Source: Neoconidiobolus thromboides FSU 785
Lineage: Eukaryota; Fungi; Entomophthoromycota
Reading direction: 5' to 3'
DNA length: 39,191 bases
Assembly (NCBI GenBank): GCA_025603075.1
Contig: MU626436.1
Location: 1 to 39,191, forward strand
Shown: positions 26,320 through 37,729 of the stretch, piece after piece
How positions within the stretch are numbered: the stretch's first letter is position 1
How the letters are laid out: each line of letters opens with the position of its first letter
Notes under the pieces: model-generated
The model's database searches: none
Told to the model about the DNA's origin: nothing
Seen by the model: the letters and a program-made list of their open reading frames with translations, nothing else
Made by a program: the position numbers and the translations under genes

Positions 26320-27204
26320 ATGGCTCAACTAAAAACATTATCTTACGCCCTTTACAGTGGTGAGGAACATAATCTATGTTTTTCTCCATTTGCTTGGCGT
26401 ACCCAGTTAGCTTTAAAACATAAGGTAGTTTATAAGCTTAATATTGAATGATAACTTGACTGTTAATTAGGGCATTGAGTTTGATGAAATTAAAGTTAGA
26501 TTTAAGGATATTAATTCTATAATATCAAAGTTAACGTAAGTGTAATTCATAACCCTAGATAATTGCGAATTCTCATTTTACTAGTGATAACAAATGGAAA
26601 AAAGTTCCAGCAGTTCAATTCAGTACTGGTGAGGTAGTTTTTGACAGTAGAACCATAGCTGATGACTTGGAAAATAAATATCAAAATCAACCCAAGTTAT
26701 TTCCAAATGGTACTCAACTAGCCCACTTTTTGGAGCATTATGTAATGGCCAATTTTATGGTGCTAGGAGCTGCTGTCTTGGACACCGAATTCTTGACCTT
26801 TAAAAAAGAAGACCAAGAGTTTTTGAAACCTATTTTTGATAAACTTAATTATGTGATTAAACCTAAGGAAGAAACATATCCGAAAATTGCTAAGTTTTTA
26901 AAGCCTATTGAGTTGATGCTAAAGGAAACCCCTTTTTTTGAGGGAGAAAAACGTAATTACTATTATTATTAATCTTACATGCTATTTATCTTTTTGTTTA
27001 GCTACTTATAGCGATTATATTGTGTTTGCATTCCTTCAATGGTTTAGGGTGTTAACTCCTTTACATTACAAAAATATCATTGAAGATGCAGAAGATAAAA
27101 CTTTATTTAAATGGTTTGAAAGTATCCTTGATCTTAACAATGGTTATGCCAGATCTTTCCCAGTAAATACTCAATATGGTGAATTTGCTTTAAAAAATAA
27201 CTAA
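26320..27204 (+). CDS. Glutathione S-transferase, LigE/beta-etherase-like class, copy 1; 4 exons
   Basis: Spliced product includes CFSPFAWRTQLALKHKGIEFD, KVPAVQFSTGEVVFDSRTIADDLENKYQNQPKLFP and EGEKPTYSDYIVFAFLQW. This resembles the LigE pattern SPYVWRTKYALKHKG...VPVI...DSWVIAEYLDEKYP as I recall it. Confidence 0.88.
27086..27191. repeat. Left arm of a perfect 106-bp inverted repeat (partner at 29115..29220)
   Basis: Base-by-base comparison shows ATGCAGAAGATAAAAC...GGTGAATTTGCTTT is identical to the reverse complement of 29115..29220. Confidence 0.9.
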
Positions 27205-27399
27205 AATGATATAATAAATTAAATTCAAAATAACTTAAATTTATTGTTTCTATTCGGATAACAATGCTCCTAGGAGCATTCAAGTTGTATTTTAAAATTA
27301 AATTCAGATGCCTGTATAGGCCAAAAGGTATCTGGATTTTATAAGTGTAGTTAATCAAGTAAGATAGGTAGTGAAATAAAATAAGAATCAGGATACTGT

Positions 27400-27580
27400 G
27401 AAATCTAGTACTCAGGGTTTGGAGTCAAGAACAGCTGTTGCTGGATTAACTACACTATAAGTCGAAAGGTCTTAGTTTATGTGACTAAGATAGACTTGGG
27501 TTATGAGGAATAGCACTTAATAGGTTACAAGCTATATAAGACAAATAGAATAGACAATACTAATGTAAAATCTACGTAAA
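27400..27580 (+). mobile_element. Possible decayed Ty1/copia pol fragment (post-integrase region)
   Basis: Broken frames read LRVWS (27411) and LGYEE*HLIGYKLY (27496 onward), reminiscent of copia LRVFG...FLGY....GYRLY. Stops and a frameshift are present. Recognised by eye only. Confidence 0.3.
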
Positions 27581-27716
27581 ATACTATTAAGAAAACTTAG
27601 TGGCTTTATTAAATGTTCGAGATAGCAAAGAATAATTCAGTTAAAAAGCCTCAAGCTACTATACTCTGTAAACTCTTTTATACTCTGAAAAGTATAAATA
27701 TCAAAATGAGAAGGTA

Positions 27717-27822
27717 ATATGGGGGTGTTTTTTTGATTTCATTACTTTTTCCATTTTTCAAGTGCTATTTGAGTAGAATAATTACTAGTAAAATTCTTAA
27801 ATAAAAAAATACATCCCCATAT
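27717..27822 (-). mobile_element. MITE-like TIR element, copy 3 (reverse orientation)
   Basis: ATATGGGGGTGTTTTTTT...CCATTTTTCAAGTGCTATTTGAGTAG...AAAATTCTTAAAT...ATACATCCCCATAT. Confidence 0.8.
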
Positions 27823-28106
27823 TCTTTGGGATGGAGCTAGAAATTCTCATAGCAAATCAAAATAGGAACGTGGGATTGATTTTCTCTGAACTCGAGAACA
27901 CAACAGCTTAGGCGATTGTTATGCTATAATTAACTATGGGACTGACAAAGCGATATTTCACAATACTTTGAATTCAAATATTTTTACATGGGTATGTATA
28001 TAGCAATAATCCTAAAATACTCTAGATAGGAGTACATGTAATTAAAGTATAATATTTTTTGGAAACGGAACAATAAAGAATCGGAATCGTTAGTTCTCAA
28101 GACTTC

Positions 28107-28215
28107 TATATGGGGATATATTCTTGTATTTAAGAATTCTACTAACAGTTTTTCTACTCAAATAGTGCTTAGAAGATGGAAAAATTATTAGAGCCAAAAG
28201 AAATACCCCCGTATA
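28107..28215 (+). mobile_element. MITE-like TIR element, copy 4
   Basis: TATATGGGGATATATT...TAAGAATTCTACTAACAG...CTCAAATAGTGCTTAGAAGATGGAAAAA...AAATACCCCCGTATA. Confidence 0.8.
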
Positions 28216-28842
28216 TTATTACTACGCTAAGATACAATTTATTTATGCTATAAAAATATGATAATATGCGTATGTCTTAAAGCATTAAAGATATTTAAAT
28301 GCTCTGTAGATAGCAAATTAATGTTAGCTAGTGAAATATCTTAGGACTATAAGAATCAAATCATATTTTTCGACTTTGTCCTAAAAAGATTCTTGTTTAT
28401 TGTACAAGTTTTACTACATATTAATAGGTTTAGCGCTTCAGCCTAATAACCCATTTTGATTTTCTATGACTCGATTTTTTTCCTTGCAACAAAGTCAAGT
28501 CCATAATAGATCATGATATTTTTAAAATAAAATAGTTCATTTGCTAAGCAGCTTTACCTTGTTAAAAAAGCTACCTTTTTATTAGACTGGTAAGCACAAA
28601 GGTCCATGTTAGTATAGCATTAGTTATTATACGATTGATATCAGAGCCAACTTGTAGAATATGCTTTCTGATGGGCTTTATAATGATCTCTTAAACCCCT
28701 TTGAAAGATGCTAGTATTTATTGATGCCATTTTTTCATCTACTAAGTGATACATTAGTTTAATATCAGAATTAAAGTATTGTTTAAACAATAATCCAGAA
28801 TAATAGTGAGTTGATTTTATCTAACTACAAATAAATATAAAA

Positions 28843-28950
28843 CATGGGGATGTTTTTTTTGACTTCATTACTTTTTCCATTTTTTAAGCACTATTTGAGT
28901 GGAAAAGCTATTAATAAAATTCTTAAACACAAAAATACATCTCCATATAT
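28843..28950 (-). mobile_element. MITE-like TIR element, copy 5 (reverse orientation)
   Basis: CATGGGGATGTTTTTTTT...CCATTTTTTAAGCACTATTTGAGTGG...AAAATTCTTAAACAC...ATACATCTCCATATAT. Confidence 0.8.
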
Positions 28951-29107
28951 TAAATTGATTCAAGTCTTAATCATTATATGAAAATGATAAATATAATAAC
29001 AAAAACTATTAATATAAAATTGTTTAACTGGAATTAAGAATTTTTAAAATAGAAACTATTGTACTTTATTAGTAGTATTTAATTTAGCACTCCAAGATGT
29101 AATAAAA

Positions 29108-29989
29108 CTAATTCAAAGCAAATTCACCATATTGAGTATTTACTGGGAAAGATCTGGCATAACCATTGTTAAGATCAAGGATACTTTCAAACCATTTAAA
29201 TAAAGTTTTATCTTCTGCATTTTCAACAACGTGTTTAAAATGTAAAGGGGTTATAACTCTAAACCATTGGAGGAAGGCAAATACGATATAATCGCTGTAA
29301 GTTGCTACAAAATAAGTTAGCATTTGATCGAATTATAAATGAAAAGAAAACTACGTTGGTCCCCCTCAATAAAAGCAGAATCTTTAAGGGTCAACCCAAT
29401 AGGGCTTAAAAATTTGCTCAATTCCGGGTAGACTTCTTCTTTGGGCTTAACAAACTGTCCAAGGTGAGTAAAGAAACCTTTGGCATACTCTTGATCCTCC
29501 TTTTGGAAGATTAATTTCTCTGAGGGCAATAAGAGGGCAAAGAAAGTCAAGATATTGGTAATAAAGTAATTTTCTAAAAATAAAGCAGTGTGCTTGCCGT
29601 TTGGGAATAACTTGGGGGCCTCTGGATACTTTTGCTCCAAAGCATAAGCAATATCACGGCTATCATAAGCCTGAGATCCATCTTCAAATTTTACTAAGGG
29701 TACTTGTTTCCATTTACCATTACTATTGAATGTTAATAAGTTATAAATAGATAATGAGATTTGGTTACGTTATTTCAGATATTGTTGAGCCTACATCTTT
29801 AAAGCGGAGTTGTATTTCTTCAAAGTCGACATTCTACGTAAATAATCAATAAAATAAAATAATGATTTCTAATAGATAGTTTACTTTATGTTTCAATGCT
29901 AATTGAGTACGCCAAGCGAAAGGGGAAAGATATAAATTATCTTTGCCATTGGAAAGTAAATAGAATTCGGCTTTGTTGTCTTGAACCAT
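29108..29989 (-). CDS. LigE-like glutathione S-transferase, copy 2; 4 exons
   Basis: MVQDNKAEFYLLSNGKDNLYLSPFAWRTQLALKHK, WKQVPLVKFEDGSQAYDSRDIAYALEQKYPEAPKLFP and TYSDYIVFAFLQW. It has the same three intron positions as copy 1. Confidence 0.88.
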
Positions 29990-30339
29990 GATGTTTTTTT
30001 ATTGTTGATAGAATGCGAAATTCATGGTTTTATACTGATTTATTCAATATTAAGGTTCTTACAGTTCGGTTAAACCGTATGGTTTATTACCAATGTTTTT
30101 TAGTGTTACAAGGATACCTGTTTGCTGTTCAATCAAATGTACTTACAGAAGTTCCAAAAGGATAATTTGCTTTTTTAGTCCATTTTTATTCTTCTTTAGT
30201 TCCAATCATCATCATTTTAAAATCTAATTTAGTTTTGATATGACGTAGCGGATAAATAAAATTTTATTTAGAATAATTTACAGATGTGAAATTTAAGACC
30301 AAGTTTTATTCAATAAGTATATTCAAGTAATAACAAAAA

Positions 30340-31202
30340 TCAAATTTGATGCTCAGGATTAACAGAGAATGACCTGGTATACCCATCATAAATATCAAGA
30401 ATACTTTTGAACTATCTAAACATGGTCCTGTCTTCTATATCTTCACGATATTTAAAATATAATGGCACCATTATTCGAAGCCATTATAAACGACAAAATA
30501 TAACATAATCACTATAGCCAACTTAAAGATATTAACGGCACTAAATCAACAATTAAATGAAATCTATAATAGTCATCTTTGAGAAGTAATGATCTTTTTA
30601 GAACTTTTCTAATAGGTTGAAAATATTTTTCAACCTCATAATATAATACTTAATTAGATTCAATAAACTTTTTCAAGTTACTGTGAACTCTTTCAAAATT
30701 AACTTTGTCTTCTTTTTGGAAGATTTTATATTCCGTTTTTTATTACTAAGTCAGCAAAGGGAGAGAAATAGATGTCATAATAGCCTAATAAATTTTTTGA
30801 AAGATGTGTAGTATTTGGGGATAACTCTGGATCTGAGGGGTACATTTCATCTAGTTTGGTAGCTGTTTTCGCTATTATAAGGGATGTTATTTAGATACAG
30901 CTAAAACTGGGATTAACAATCATTTGCTATTACTAAATGAATAGTTAAACCATAATCTTATTTTGGTCATTTGGTCAATTACCTTAGTTTTAAGACTTCC
31001 TTTTTTATCTGATTAGATCTAAGTAGTATTATACCAAAGTTTAAGCCCTGTAAGTTATAAACGAAGCATTTGATAATAATAAAATTATAATCACCTTATA
31101 TTTTAAACCTAATCGAATACTTCAGCCATATGGGAATACGTGAAGTTTGTTGCATTTACCTCTGACTAGCAAATATAATTTAAATTCTAATGTACTTGAC
31201 AT
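30340..31202 (-). pseudogene. LigE-like GST pseudogene (fourth copy)
   Basis: Exon 1 MSSTLEFKLYLLVRGKCNKLHVFPYG*SIRLGLKYK; exon 2 GLNFGIILLRSNQIKKEVLKL; exon 3 LDEMYPSDPELSPN...(frameshift) IFQKEDKVNFERV...*VLYYEVEKYFQPIRKVLK; exon 4 YSDYVIFCRL*WLRIMVPLYFKY..IEDRTMFR*FKSILDIYDGYTRSF. Multiple stops and frameshifts. Confidence 0.88.
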
Positions 31203-31563
31203 TGGTAATTTTGTTAAAAATCTCAAGGGCTTCAATTTATAAATTCACATTTGATCTTATTATGGAATTATTGATAAAATTGAAAAGTGACAAATTTTAA
31301 TTCATAAGGTCTTATTACCATAGTGTATATCAAATATATGCCCTATAGTCAGATAAAATGGTCAAAACATACTCAACATGAATAAATATAAAATAATAAC
31401 TAGGTGATTTTATCGCCTTAAAGTAGCACTCATACTATTCTATTGCACCTCGCATTTATAAACATTAAAATCACTAGACTTTATATTATTAATGCAAAGC
31501 TGATCAATAAAGTCAAAGAAATTGAAGACACATACTTAGAAACTGAGGTTATTTATTTTGAAT

Positions 31564-32439
31564 TCAGATCTTTTTAGCAAATTCACCATATTGAGTATTA
31601 ACTGGGAAAGATCTAGCATAACCATCATAAAGGTCAAGGATACTTTCAAACCATTTAAATACGGTCTTATCCTCTATATCTTCAACAGTATGTTTAAAAT
31701 GTAGAGGAGTCATAACTCTGAACCATTGTAGGTAACCAAATACGATATAATCGCTGAAAGTAGCTAGATAAAAATAAAATTTAAAACTACAATAAAACTA
31801 TAAGATTTACTTTGATCTCCTTCAAGAAATTGATGACTTTTCAACATAAGCTCAATAGGCTTTAAAAATTTCGCTACTTCTGGATAAAGCTTATCCGGCG
31901 TGTCAATAGTAAACTGAAACTCTTCATAAATACGCTTAAATGCTAACTTATCTTTCTCCTTATAGGTGTCCACTTCGGTGTCTAATGCTAGGCCGAAGAA
32001 TGGTAGAGATCCATACATGGTATAATGACTTAAAAAGTTGGCCAATTGGGGACCGTTTGGGAATAACTTTGGACCGTTTGGATATCTTTTATCTAGCTCG
32101 ATGGCAATTGGTTTGCTATCAAAAAGCACATCATCTTCAGAAAATTTTATAGTTGGAACCAAGCCCCACTTCCCATGGCTTAGGGTATAAATTAGTTTAT
32201 TAAAATTGATAGTTTATGAAGCTTACGTTACTTGGTTGATTGTTTCTTTTATTTGACTAAAGCGTAAGTATTCTTCTTCGAAATTAATTTTCTAAATGTC
32301 ATTTAGTTTATTTATGTGATTTATCATTTATTACCTTATGCTTCATTGCAAGCTGAGTACTCCAGGCATAGGGTGATAAACATAAATTATCTTTTTCACC
32401 ACTGACTAATAAATATAAAGTAGGGATTTCAGTACCCAT
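31564..32439 (-). CDS. LigE-like glutathione S-transferase, copy 3; 4 exons
   Basis: MGTEIPTLYLLVSGEKDNLCLSPYAWSTQLAMKHK, WGLVPTIKFSEDDVLFDSKPIAIELDKRYPNGPKLFP and TFSDYIVFGYLQW. Same intron positions as copies 1 and 2. Confidence 0.88.
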
Positions 32440-33393
32440 TTTAATTTTAACAAAAAGGTTAAAATTCAAAATATTAAACTAAAAAAGTGAAGTTTTTTCT
32501 TATTAATCCTTTATATATCGAAATACTTATCCCTAAATTTCTAGTGACATCAAACCTACTAAATGCCAATCTCTAAAAATGGCAATTTGGTTTTCATTTT
32601 TAGCTCATTGCACAAATAATTTCTTTAGTACTTCATTGATCCTGAGTTATCATATCAATCTTATTAACTATTGTGTTTATATACTTCAAGTTATAAGACA
32701 AATAGTACTAAAGAGCCAAATTAAAAAGTGATTTAAATGAGTTTATTATGCTTCTTTGTTTTATTAAATATGGTAAGCTAACAAGTAGAAATGAAAGTAT
32801 CTTAAGTATTATAAAATTACAAAACTGAAAGAATAATTTATACACCTAACAAACATAGGATCGAATATGTTGTAATCAATAATAGGTGGTATGAACAAAA
32901 TTATGAATAATTGTCTAATAAGTTAGTTTTTAATAAAAAATGGATACTTTTAAAATTAATATATTTTTAGAAAATAAATTCCACTTTTATATAAATGAAG
33001 TGTAATCAAGATTTTCTAACAAAATATATATTGAATAGAAGGCATTGTCATGTCTTTTTACTTTGTTTCTGTTAGGGCATTTGGATACTTATAAATTCTA
33101 GAATGTTTTTCTATAGTTTGAAGGGACCCTTATTAGTGAAAAATTAGAGTTGATTAGAATATGGAAATCACAAAAGATAGGATTGTAAATGTCTATGTAA
33201 AGTGGTATTAATTGTGGTATTATCCTTGAACTTCTTTTAAATGCTATATTTCTACTCTTGTTGACAATACCCTCAAATAATATAAAGCAATTTATAACAA
33301 CTAGTCTTAATTTAAAAAAAGTTTATATTTATATAATTTCTCTAACTTTACTTGATTTTATAGTATTAAAATAAAAGATCGAATAATTCAAAA

Positions 33394-34386
33394 TTAAACA
33401 ACGACAATAGCATCTAATGGAGCACTTGATAGATCGAACTTACCTGGCGTAGTTGAAAGCGATAAAGTCTTTGTAGCTACTCTATCGGATTGAGCTGGGT
33501 CATGAGTAATCCAAACACAGATACTTTGATGTTTTTTACTCAATATCGTATTTTCTACTAAACCTACTGACTTGGGGTCTAAAGCACTCGTAGGCTCTAT
33601 TTATTTATATTAATTACAGTACCATTGGAATAATGAACATCTAATTACCATCTAATAACAAAACAGTTGGATGACATGATAATGCTATAGCCATACTGAT
33701 ACGCTGGGACTCACCACCTGAAAGCGTGTTCCACTCTTTATCCCATAAATCAGTGCTTATACCCCAACTATAAAATTAAGTAACTACTTTATAATGCTAA
33801 AATAAAATATTTACTCCCTAGCAATTTCAACCTAAAAATTAATTTAATAAATAAGCTATTTATGAGCGTAAATTAACTTACTGGGTCTCCCAACTCTTTC
33901 TTTTTATTGGAACTGAATTTGTGTACCTTTTCAAAAAAATCACGTGGGGATCCGGGTAAAATAGCTTAATGATTTCGTTTAATACTCATTATTATTTAAA
34001 TATTATAAGTAAACTACCTGGTCTTTGCGGTACATACATCACTTTACTGCGCCAAATAGGTATGGTTAATTGTTCCGGTGTTCTTTTCATACGTTATTTA
34101 TAAAATTCAATACAATTAATATATTAATTTACTGATTGTTTAAGGTAAATCCCCCCATCTCAAAAGGTATAAGCTCTGCTAAACATTTTAATATGGTTGT
34201 TTTACTAATAAATAAATGAGATTTATTATTTTATTCCTATTGTTATTGATATTACCCAGAACCACTTGGACCTTTAATTGTCAATATATCGCCCTCGTTT
34301 AATTTAAAAGAAATATCAGAAAATAATCGACTTCCTTCTTCTTGTGGTTTATCTTTACATAAATTTTGTACTATAAATTCTGCCAT
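33394..34386 (-). CDS. Stand-alone ABC ATPase (single NBD, no membrane domain), FetA/YbbL/STAR1-like; 7 exons
   Basis: Spliced product includes Walker A GPSGSGKT, Q-loop WRSKVMYVPQRP, signature LSGGESQR, Walker B/D-loop LLLDEPTSALD and H-loop VWITHD. It ends TPGKFDLSSAPLDAIVVV* if the last GTAAGT is read through. Confidence 0.85.
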
Positions 34387-34437
34387 TTCAATCGTATTTT
34401 AAATAAAAAGCTAAACCCCATCTTTTTATATTTTTAA

Positions 34438-34629
34438 TTATCTGATAAGGTTTAGTTGCATTTTCCTATGATTAAGTTTAAATCTGTAATAAATCACCAT
34501 TGTATTAAATTAGCTGTATCCTATTTGCTGATTAAATTGCTATCTATATTTACTAAAATATTTAAAAATATTATATTCTTATTATATACTAAAAAAATGA
34601 TAATCAGATAAAACTAACTTATATCTGAT
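34438..34629. promoter_or_regulatory. Cluster of ATCWGATAA-type GATA sites upstream of the ABC ATPase
   Basis: TTATCTGATAA at 34438-34448 (GATA core on both strands), ATCAGATAA at 34603-34611 and TATCTGAT at 34622-34629, lying 52-243 bp upstream of the ATG at 34386. Confidence 0.45.
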
Positions 34630-35832
34630 TATTGTTAAAGCATAAGAATAACATAGATGTATTATTATAATAACTTTGATAACGCAACTTTAATAAATTT
34701 ATAAAAAAGATTAAATTTGATCTTTTAGCCTAATTCAAACTAGTGAAACTTTAATTATGAGTTAAAACTATAGTAATTTTAAAGAAGATGTTAATAAGGG
34801 ATAACTCTATGAAAATAGATTCGGATAAAAGTTTTATTAATAAACTTTGTATCCATGTTATATCGCTTCGATAATCATTGATTATCTTTGTATATTCAAT
34901 CGAGTCCTATAAAGTAAGCATACTTTCATTTATATTAATAAAGAAACGTGTAATTATCTATAAACTAGATACAAAACATTATTAAAATTTTTAATTACAA
35001 TTTCATTTCGTATAAAATTTATACAAACTATTTTAATATCTTAATGAGTAAATAATATAATCAGCCAATATTGACTTAGGTGTTTTGTATCATTTATCTG
35101 GATAAATGGTAAAGTAAAGGTGCTAAAGACTTTGCCCAATCTAATAGAGATATTATGTTTGCAAATATTGAATATGGGCAAATTTTCTAGTTATGCAAAT
35201 TTTTATTAATGTTTAAACTTAATATATCCTCCTTAACTTATTTATATTTAAAATACTCTTTTATGATTTTAACTAAAAGAATTATTTGAAGTTATCATTC
35301 TTAGTTGTCAAATCTTATTGTTTGTACAATAAACAAAAATGACTAAACTATTTTAATAACTGATGATATACTCCCCCTACTCTTGTACTTCTAATTGTTT
35401 AATTATTGAACCAACGATAAACCTTTTATAAAGATCTATAGTTTCTTATGAATTTCATGTAAGAGATAAAAATAGAACTAATTAAATTAAATATAAATTA
35501 CATTTTTTATATAACTTAATAGAAATTAAATAGAAATTAAATAGAAATGAACCATCACATAAATCAGTTATAATTAGTATTTTAAATTTAGCAATTAAAA
35601 ACAATTAAAAAAGGGAGATAAATGGAACTGTATAACTAATAAAAAAGGCAACCTAGATTCAACTAAAAAAGAGGTTAACTTGGTAATTAAAGGATAATTA
35701 ATAAAATATATCACTATTACAATACAATTATCAAAAAGTAAAATAAAAAAATATCTTTAACATAATATAATTTATAATATATAAAAATAATCGACAATAT
35801 AGTTTAAAAAAAGATGTGCATGTGTATCGAAA

Positions 35833-36042
35833 TTAAGGAAGAAGGGCGCTTGAAAAGGAGCCAAAATATTTAAGATATTCTGGGGTATAATTAGCAGCGG
35901 TATATAAAAAGAGACCGGTACCAACTACAGCAATAGAATTAACGATACATTTCTCCCAAGGTTCTAACATATAAACAGCGGTTGTTAATTCGTATTGATA
36001 ATATTTTAATTGGACTTGTTCTTGGATAGACTTTAAGCTCAT
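35833..36042 (-). CDS. Serine palmitoyltransferase small subunit (ssSPT/SPTSSA-like), intronless
   Basis: The 69-aa ORF carries the family motif YYQYELTTAVYMLEPWEK followed by a hydrophobic segment. Confidence 0.9.
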   Translation of the reverse strand: MSLKSIQEQVQLKYYQYELTTAVYMLEPWEKCIVNSIAVVGTGLFLYTAANYTPEYLKYFGSFSSALLP

Positions 36043-37729
36043 CTTTGTTAACTAATTGAATTTATAAAAAAAAGTAGTTTCTGAATGAAAAAAGATTTGG
36101 CTTGCCTTAAATACTTTTTTTAAGGTGGGGTATTGGAACGAACTGGGTTTTAAGTAGTAATTGAATCTTAATTGGCTAGCTGAAGATTAACCAATTAAAT
36201 CCCAAATACAGATTTCCTGTTGTTAATTATTGAGTTTCATCATGAGATTTAAATGGGTCAGTCTATTGTTTACTTAAAGCAATAAAATAAGAGTGACAGA
36301 ATATTATTAAAAGGTGCAGAATATAAAATAGTTAATAATTTGTTGTATTTGATAATCTATTGAAGTCTATAACAGTGTATTTACCCTTCATTACCTCTAT
36401 TTTTACTATTCCTATTATATTATTCACTTTCCAAATATTAATTAAATCGTATCTATTGAATAATAAAATTATTAACTTAAGGCATAACTAGAATGATCGT
36501 CTGATAATTTAAATACAAGCCATTAAAGAATAAAGTAATAAATAGTAATTTAAACAACCATTTTTATGTTATTTATCCTAAATTCATTCATTATCTTATA
36601 AATCCTTTAAACATTACAAAAGTTTGGGTTGTATTGTGATGAACTTTACCCAAAGTTAAGCCTTTTGCATTGTTAAACTATTCTTTCTTATTCAAACATT
36701 CTAGAAGTTTATTTATTAAGTTTCAATATGTTTTAATGCTTCTAGTTTTTCATTGAAATAAAAATAAATCCGATTAATAGCTAATAAAAACAATAAAATA
36801 GTGAACGATTATCTCTGTATTTGCTTTATTTAGTAATTCAATAATTAAATATCATTACGCTTTTATTTATTAAATGCTGATAGATATCATAACTTCAGGT
36901 TTTTAAATTTTTTACAATGGCTGTTTTTATAACTTGTATTTTTAATAAATAGAACTAATAAAGTTATGCTTAGATAATATTTAGAAGCTAAATAAATATT
37001 AGAAACTATCACATTGCATCTTTACATAAAGCAATCAAGTTAACTCGTCATTTTTAAATAATTTTCTAACTACTATTTGGATCCGCTTAAGCTCCTTTAT
37101 AATTTATCAGTAATTAATTTACTTTTTTCCCTACTTATCCTCATTACAATATTCTTCTTTATTATAAGAACTATCAATAAAACTGATCAACAAAACTGAT
37201 CAATAATCATGATATAATTATCTAATAATTTATTATATTAAATAATTTAATACATTGTAGAATAATAAAAACCTTACATTGAAATAGAGAATTTCACAAT
37301 TTTGAATTTAGGCTAAAATCCTATTGAAGTGATGTTTTACTTTATATATAATCAACTATTTGTGATTATTTGTAATATTAATTAAACTAAAGTAAAAAAG
37401 GCGATGTTTTTTAATAAAGTGGTGGAACTTAATAAATCCTACATCTCGGTAAATAAGTAGTTGAATCGGTTAAACTAAATTTAAAGTTATTAAATAAAGA
37501 TTTTGACCTATTTAAGACTTGAGTGGGTATTATGCGTCTTTGTATATTACAACTTTAAAAATCCTTAGGAAGTTACTAAATTAAACTATATGATGCTAAG
37601 AATAAAATTACCGATAGTAACTCTAAAACCTCATAAGTATACCATTGCAAACTTGATATCCTCTAATCTCCTGAATCAGCTACTACTTCATTAGAGATTC
37701 CAATTAGCTTCGTAGAATGCCTATTTAAA

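Noticed and set aside
27122-27130. GTATCCTTG, a U12-donor-like sequence, also present in GST copies 2 and 3
   Set aside because: It is coding sequence (ESILD) within an uninterrupted conserved exon.
27134-32152. ORFs 27134..27358 and 31940..32152
   Set aside because: They are antisense to GST exons and have no independent coding signal.
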